Below, piece after piece: positions 58,562 through 64,000 of a DNA stretch of 64,000 nucleotides (positions within the stretch are counted from its first letter, which is position 1; each line of letters opens with the position of its first letter). Position numbers and translations under genes: made by a program. Where the stretch lies: assembly GCA_965230295.1 (NCBI GenBank), contig OZ246001.1, positions 2,496,001-2,560,000 on the forward strand. The letters are read 5' to 3'. The stretch is from Marinicella sp. Its GTDB lineage: Bacteria; Pseudomonadota; Gammaproteobacteria; Xanthomonadales; Marinicellaceae. The notes beneath the pieces were generated by a model. That model was not told the DNA's origin. It did no database searches and was given only the letters and a program-made list of their open reading frames with translations.

Positions 58562-59404
58562 TTATATCTGTTCGTCGAAATAAAATAACCCAAGGCCAAT
58601 ACGAGATTCCTCTTTAGGCACATTGTTGGCTTCATATTTTTTTTCTATGGCCTCAAACTCGGGATAAAATGTGTTGTAGTAGTGGTGCCTAAGTAATTCA
58701 TTAACTTCAATTCTGAATTGTTTTTTATTTGACTTAGGTATTTTTATTGAAAACAAATTACTTTGAAAATTGGTGTCTTTAACATGTTCAAAGTTATGCT
58801 CTATAGTGTTTGTCAGTCTTTTAATGGTGTTGGCAGCGATTTCCACCTTGGTTCTGTTGACCAATGTTTTTGGTATGAAAGTCCTGTTAATTAAATGTAC
58901 TTTTCCATCAATGATCTCAACACAACCTGCCTCTAGCAAAGCTTCTAGTATGGGCCCGTGGCTGATGTTCTTGCCAAATCTTTGGGTCAATGTTTCGAAG
59001 GAAAGTCCTTTGCCGCTTCTCTTTAGCGGAACTGGGTTACCTTTTGATTCACAAAAAGGTGGGTGCGTAAACCAATGGTCGAGTATGTTGCCTTCTCTTG
59101 ATCTGTTATGTTCTACCCACTCATTTTCAGTCGGTTGTGATTTCATTATCTTGGAAACTTCTCTTCGGTCTAAACCTGTTTGATACGCAATTGATGAAAT
59201 TTTTCCACGGCTGTTTTGACTGGTTTCTTCGATGTATTTTTCTGCTTCTTCTACAAACAAAACCCTGACTAAGTTTTGAAAAGAATTGAATTCAACTTTT
59301 TGTTTAACCAATATCCTGATCAATGGCCTTAAACAAGTCGTGATGAAACCTAACCAGTAGGTGTCAAATGATAAATTGAATGATTTTGCTATTTGATTAT
59401 TCAT
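58562..59404 (-). CDS. DUF6502-like putative DNA-binding protein
   Basis: LRPLIRIL......F..L....FVEEA, IS.IA..TGL.RREV, W...P.F, SFE.L......I...IL..L...G. Confidence 0.75.
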   Translation of the reverse strand: MNNQIAKSFNLSFDTYWLGFITTCLRPLIRILVKQKVEFNSFQNLVRVLFVEEAEKYIEETSQNSRGKISSIAYQTGLDRREVSKIMKSQPTENEWVEHNRSREGNILDHWFTHPPFCESKGNPVPLKRSGKGLSFETLTQRFGKNISHGPILEALLEAGCVEIIDGKVHLINRTFIPKTLVNRTKVEIAANTIKRLTNTIEHNFEHVKDTNFQSNLFSIKIPKSNKKQFRIEVNELLRHHYYNTFYPEFEAIEKKYEANNVPKEESRIGLGLFYFDEQI

Positions 59405-60095
59405 TGAAATACCAACCTTGAAAATTTTGGAAGCCTTGTTTTAATCCTTTTTCAAAATCTCGCATGGTCTCAACGCCCTCTAGAACTGTGTTGATGCCCA
59501 TTGAATGTGCGAATTTTGAAAGTCCGTGAGTAAATGATGACAATTCATCCCTGTGTGACAAGTTTTGATTGGCCACTTTGATGACGTCAATCAATCCCAT
59601 CTGTAACAATTCCCAATGCGCAAAGCCGGATCCAAAATCATCCAAAGCAATCCATCCACCTTTTGATCTGAAATAATTCAGTAGTTCTATGCCACTTGAG
59701 CAAAGTGGAGGCATGGAATGAATTTCGATGATTTCGATACATACTTTATTTGGATCGATGAGGCCATCATCAATCAAGTGCATCAGGGTTAGCTTGAAGT
59801 CATCACTGAGTAAGCTGATGGGCATCAAATTAACACTTAATCGTGCGGGGTTTTGTGACTCTAAAATTCTTGGTATTTGTTCAAAAATTTGAATGTCTAA
59901 GTCAACTTTTTGTTGTGTGCTTAAGGAATGAAAGAATCGCTCAACGTTGTGGTGGCCCAGCATGTGTTGTGGCCGATAGAGCATTTCAATCCAATTTTGG
60001 CTTTTCGAATCAGCACCAACAATCTCCTGAAATTGAAACTGCAATTTCTGGCTGATGGTTGATTTGAAAGCTGCTAAATTCATAAACATGGTCAA
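59397..60095 (-). CDS. Stand-alone EAL-domain c-di-GMP phosphodiesterase
   Basis: EML.R, LSVN, IEIIE, IALDDFGSG, IK, EGVET, FQGWYF. Confidence 0.88.
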   Translation of the reverse strand: MTMFMNLAAFKSTISQKLQFQFQEIVGADSKSQNWIEMLYRPQHMLGHHNVERFFHSLSTQQKVDLDIQIFEQIPRILESQNPARLSVNLMPISLLSDDFKLTLMHLIDDGLIDPNKVCIEIIEIHSMPPLCSSGIELLNYFRSKGGWIALDDFGSGFAHWELLQMGLIDVIKVANQNLSHRDELSSFTHGLSKFAHSMGINTVLEGVETMRDFEKGLKQGFQNFQGWYFNE

Positions 60096-60109
60096 GATTG
60101 AACAGGTTT

Positions 60110-60139
60110 ATTATAAACACATCAAATATGCACTGTAAA
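60110..60139 (-). promoter_or_regulatory. Candidate sigma70 promoter of the EAL operon
   Basis: Minus strand TTTACA-18-TATAAT just upstream of the EAL gene. Confidence 0.5.
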
Positions 60140-60265
60140 CAAATTTGTGAAAATATTAAAAATTTATTTTGAAAGTGAGGAACAGCAAGGACTTGCGTTG
60201 GATTTGTCAATGCAGAATAAGGACGGCAAGGTTGAAGTGCCAACAGGCCCTAACCTAAAAAATGC

Positions 60266-60688
60266 TTAAGAATTTAAGGTAAGCAGGTGGTCAATGATTG
60301 GTCGGTTGGCTGCTGGAAATGGAAGTTCAAGTAATTGAGCTGCAGTAACCCACTGCATGTTCTGTTGCTCGGCAGGAGATGCCATCGCACTTGGGTTGTG
60401 TTCATAATAGACATGCAAATGGACCCTGATGTCAGGGTATTGGTGCTCAATGTCCATTATTTTTTTGGGATTGGTGGTTTGGTAGTTCAATTCTTCCATG
60501 CACTCGCGAGCCAATGCTTCTTCAGTTGATTCATTGGCCTCAACTTTTCCACCAGGGAACTCCCATAAGCCTTCCAGGTGTTGGTGTTTTTTTCTTTGGG
60601 TAATCAGAATGTCGCCTTGGTGGTTTACTAACACCAAGACGACGACTTGAAGGGGGGCATTGTTGGTCAGCTCAGGCGACCGTGGCAT
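60266..60688 (-). CDS. mutT: 8-oxo-dGTP diphosphatase (Nudix)
   Basis: [10 protein letters not shown]....AL.REC.EEL Nudix box, FPAAN; follows secA; start uncertain. Confidence 0.9.
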   Translation of the reverse strand: MPRSPELTNNAPLQVVVLVLVNHQGDILITQRKKHQHLEGLWEFPGGKVEANESTEEALARECMEELNYQTTNPKKIMDIEHQYPDIRVHLHVYYEHNPSAMASPAEQQNMQWVTAAQLLELPFPAANRPIIDHLLTLNS

Positions 60689-63402
60689 TGTTTGTATTTT
60701 TTGCCTGAACCGCATGGACAAGGGTCATTACGACCTACTTTTTGCCCTTCTCGAATAAATGTTTCAACTTTTTCAGGTTCTTGTTTGGTGGACTGAGTAG
60801 GTGATTGGTGCTGGAATGTCACATTCTGATCTTCTTTGTGCTCCAGGGCATTCACATCATCTTCTTGTTGAACTTTTACCCGCGCAATGATGCGGGTGGT
60901 TTCATACTTTATTTTGTCCAAGAGGTCTTTGAACATTTCAAACGATTCACGTTTGTATTCTTGAATCGGTTGTTTCTGTGCGTGTGAGCGCAAGCCCACA
61001 CCTTGGCGCAAGTGATCCATTTGGGCCAAATGCTCTTTCCAAAGTTGGTCTAAAGTATTGAGGTAGGCGGCTTTTTCAAAGTGGCGCATCACATCAGAGC
61101 CCGTCATGGCTTCTTTTTCTTTAAAGAAACGCTCAATGTGGTCATGTATTTTATCGGTCAGTCCATCGTCATCCAGGTTCTCATCCCGCTCTAAAATTCT
61201 GCCGATGTTGATGTCGATGCCGAACTCATGTGAAAGTACCCGTTCTAATTGTGGAATTTGCCACTGTTCCTCAACACTTTCCAAAGGGATGTGTTGGCGG
61301 ATCACATTATCAAACACTTCTTCATGGGTGTCTGCAATGTATTCACCAATCTCTTCGGACTCAAGCAAATCTGCTCGTTGTTGGTATACCACCATCCTTT
61401 GGTCATTGGCCACATCATCATATTCCAACAGGTGCTTACGGATATCAAAGTTATGTGATTCTACTTTGCGCTGGGCATTCTCGATGATGCGTGTGATCCA
61501 TTTGTGTTCAATGTATTCATCTTCTTTCATGCCAAATCGCTTCATGTTATCCATCATGCGACTTTGACCAAAAACACGCATCAAATTATCTTCCAGTGAA
61601 ATGTAGAAGCGTGATGAACCTGGATCACCTTGACGACCGGCACGACCACGTAATTGGTTATCAATCCTTCTGGATTCATGTCTTTCGGTACCGATTATTC
61701 GAAGTCCGCCGTTATCCAGCACCAATTGGTGGCGTTCTTTCCAGGCTTCTTCCAGTTTGAATTTTTCGTTTTCGCTGATCTTGCCTTTATTCTCTAATTC
61801 GACAGACAAGTTGCCACCCAAGACAATGTCAGTGCCACGACCGGCCATGTTGGTGGCAATGGTTACGGCACCTGGCAAGCCTGCTTCTGCAACCGTGATG
61901 GCTTCCCTTTCATGTTGTTTGGCATTTAGGACATTGTGTTTGATTTTCCTTTGTTTCAGTTGTGCAGACAAAAATTCAGAGACTTCAATGGAAGCTGTAC
62001 CAACCAATACAGGTTGTTGTCTCTGGTGACAATCAACAATGTCCTCGATGATGGCCTCAAATTTGGCTTTCTGGTTGAAGTAAACCAAATCACCTTGATC
62101 ATCACGAATCATGGGTTTATGAGTCGGGATCACAATCACTTCCAGATTGTAAATCGTTTGGAACTCATAGGCTTCCGTATCAGCCGTACCTGTCATGCCA
62201 GACAATTTGGGGTACAGGCGGAAGTAGTTCTGGAATGTGATCGAGGCCAGGGTTTGATTTTCTTTTTGAATCGGTACATTTTCTTTGGCTTCAACCGCTT
62301 GGTGAAGGCCGTCTGACCACCTGCGTCCTTCCATGGTTCTGCCTGTGAATTCATCGACGATAACGATTTCGCCTTCTTTTACGATGTAATCCACATCTTT
62401 CTCAAACAAGTGGTGTGCCTTCAGCGCAGCACTGACGTGGTGCATCAAAGAGATGTGTTGAGAATCATAAAGCGAATCTTCGGCTGCCATTAAGCCGTTT
62501 TTCTTGAGCAGATCCTCTGCATTTTGCATGCCTTGCTCGGTTAAAAACACTTGCTTGGATTTTTCATCTACTGAAAAATCCCCGTCAGGTTCGGGCATGC
62601 TTTGTTTGTTTAGGATGGCTTGGCTGATTTCTTTTTGGTCTGGTTCAAAAGTAGATTTTTCTAACAGTGGAACAATTTTGTTGACCCGATTGTACACATC
62701 AGGTGACTCATCGACTTGTCCTGAAATGATCAATGGTGTTCTGGCTTCGTCAATCAGGATGGAATCGACTTCATCAATGATGGCAAAGAAAGGTTCGCGC
62801 TGAACTTTGGCATCTAAGCTGAATGCCATGTTATCACGCAAATAGTCGAACCCCAGTTCATTATTGGTGGCATATGTGATGTCACATGCATAGGCAGCTC
62901 TTTTGGCTTCATGCGTTAAGCTGGGTATCACAATGCCAACGTTCATTCCCAGGAAGTTGTACAGCGGCTCCATCCATTTGGCATCACGACTGGCCAAATA
63001 ATCATTGACAGTAACCACATGCACACCTTGTCCAGCCAAGGCGTTTAAATAAGCGGGCAGGGTACACATCAATGTTTTACCTTCGCCGGTTCTCATTTCT
63101 GAAATTTTACCGCGGTGAATGACCACACCACCAATGAGCTGAACGTGGTAGTGGCGCATGCCTAAAACCCGAACAGAAGCTTCCCTGACCAAGGCAAAGG
63201 CCTCTGGCAAAATACTTTCCAAGCTTTCACCTTGCGAAAAACGTTCTTTCAATGCCTGGGTTTGAACTGGAAAATCAGCATCAGCGAGGGCTTGCATTTG
63301 TGGTTCCAGAGATTCAACTTGGTCAGCAATTTTATCCAGCTGGCGAATATACCTTTGGTTCCTGCTGCCAAACAATTTGGTGAATAATGAGTTTTTTGCC
63401 AT
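60667..63402 (-). CDS. secA: Preprotein translocase ATPase SecA
   Basis: [57 protein letters not shown]. Confidence 0.99.
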   Translation of the reverse strand: MAKNSLFTKLFGSRNQRYIRQLDKIADQVESLEPQMQALADADFPVQTQALKERFSQGESLESILPEAFALVREASVRVLGMRHYHVQLIGGVVIHRGKISEMRTGEGKTLMCTLPAYLNALAGQGVHVVTVNDYLASRDAKWMEPLYNFLGMNVGIVIPSLTHEAKRAAYACDITYATNNELGFDYLRDNMAFSLDAKVQREPFFAIIDEVDSILIDEARTPLIISGQVDESPDVYNRVNKIVPLLEKSTFEPDQKEISQAILNKQSMPEPDGDFSVDEKSKQVFLTEQGMQNAEDLLKKNGLMAAEDSLYDSQHISLMHHVSAALKAHHLFEKDVDYIVKEGEIVIVDEFTGRTMEGRRWSDGLHQAVEAKENVPIQKENQTLASITFQNYFRLYPKLSGMTGTADTEAYEFQTIYNLEVIVIPTHKPMIRDDQGDLVYFNQKAKFEAIIEDIVDCHQRQQPVLVGTASIEVSEFLSAQLKQRKIKHNVLNAKQHEREAITVAEAGLPGAVTIATNMAGRGTDIVLGGNLSVELENKGKISENEKFKLEEAWKERHQLVLDNGGLRIIGTERHESRRIDNQLRGRAGRQGDPGSSRFYISLEDNLMRVFGQSRMMDNMKRFGMKEDEYIEHKWITRIIENAQRKVESHNFDIRKHLLEYDDVANDQRMVVYQQRADLLESEEIGEYIADTHEEVFDNVIRQHIPLESVEEQWQIPQLERVLSHEFGIDINIGRILERDENLDDDGLTDKIHDHIERFFKEKEAMTGSDVMRHFEKAAYLNTLDQLWKEHLAQMDHLRQGVGLRSHAQKQPIQEYKRESFEMFKDLLDKIKYETTRIIARVKVQQEDDVNALEHKEDQNVTFQHQSPTQSTKQEPEKVETFIREGQKVGRNDPCPCGSGKKYKQCHGRLS

Positions 63403-63464
63403 AGTATTTTAGAGTTGCACTTGCTGAATGAAACTATGTGGTTTCTTTTAGCGGATATTCAAGT

Positions 63465-63496
63465 AAAAGGGCAAATAAAAATAAAATTATTTGCCC
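63465..63496 (-). terminator. Intrinsic terminator after the M23 gene
   Basis: GGGCAAATAA...TTATTTGCCC followed by TTTT on the minus strand. Confidence 0.6.
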
Positions 63497-63526
63497 CATG
63501 TTATTGGTAAATTTTTCTTAATTCAA

Positions 63527-64000
63527 TTATGAATTGATGAATGGTAAAGGATTGACCTTGTGACCATTTTTTAGTATTTCAAAATGTAAATGTTCTGATG
63601 TGGCCCTGCCTGATTTGCCCATCACAGCGATGGATTCTCCTGCAGTCACTTTTTGGCCCAGTTCAACATGGATGGATTGTGCATGGGCATATCGAGTCAT
63701 GAAACCATTGCCGTGATCAATCTCAACCATCTTTCCATATGAGCCTCTGTTTCCAGCCCAAACCACAACGCCATCGGCTGCTGCCAATATTTCTGATTTG
63801 TATGCGCCGGAATAATCCATTCCTGCGTGTCTGGCCTGTTGTCCTGTAAACGGGTCAATGCGTTTACCGTAATACGATGAAATCCACCCCTTTGCTAAAG
63901 GTAAAATATGTGGTGTGGCATTTTGGTCAACTGTTTGTTCATTCAATAGTTTTGAAAGGATGTTTAAGTTTTCTTGTTGTTTCACGAATGAGTCTTCAAG
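63527..64000 (-). CDS. M23-family metallopeptidase (5' truncated by window edge)
   Basis: H.GMD, YAH and HLHFE motifs; typical position upstream of secA; frame open to 64000. Confidence 0.92.
   Translation of the reverse strand, partial: LEDSFVKQQENLNILSKLLNEQTVDQNATPHILPLAKGWISSYYGKRIDPFTGQQARHAGMDYSGAYKSEILAAADGVVVWAGNRGSYGKMVEIDHGNGFMTRYAHAQSIHVELGQKVTAGESIAVMGKSGRATSEHLHFEILKNGHKVNPLPFINS

Noticed and set aside
34469-62803. Long antisense ORFs within rpoD, secA, rpe and other conserved genes
   Set aside because: Shadow ORFs produced by codon bias on the coding strand; no RBS or protein-like features.

Overview
A 64-kb chromosomal window from a marine gammaproteobacterium. The gene set and the C-terminal 'D-x-IFAD-x-F-D/E' tags suggest a Marinicella/Wenzhouxiangella/Xanthomonadales-like lineage (inference, not a database result). 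Most of it is housekeeping: pgsA with a tRNA Gly/Cys/Leu cluster, mrcA, rpsU-yqeY-dnaG-rpoD, ychF, trmH, LPS/lipid A genes, purC, djlA, rpe, a PhoPQ-like pair, mazG, mutT and secA. Three regions stand out. (1) An ~8.7-kb P4-integrase island (7868-16552) sits in the 3' end of tRNA-Leu(TAA). It carries AlpA, HTH and Cys-rich genes but no recognisable replicase or packaging gene, plus a coupled pair of HEPN-like genes and a ~600-bp array of 33-36-bp units in converging orientation punctuated by CGCGCGCG tracts. (2) An accessory patch at 3.1-7.9 kb holds three tandem copies of a covarying hairpin and small genes bracketed by direct repeats. (3) An EAL / DUF6502-like / EGTG-repeat protein operon (57.8-60.1 kb) is followed by a stem that displays a (CA)n loop. 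No CRISPR array or rRNA was seen. All family assignments are from motif recognition only.
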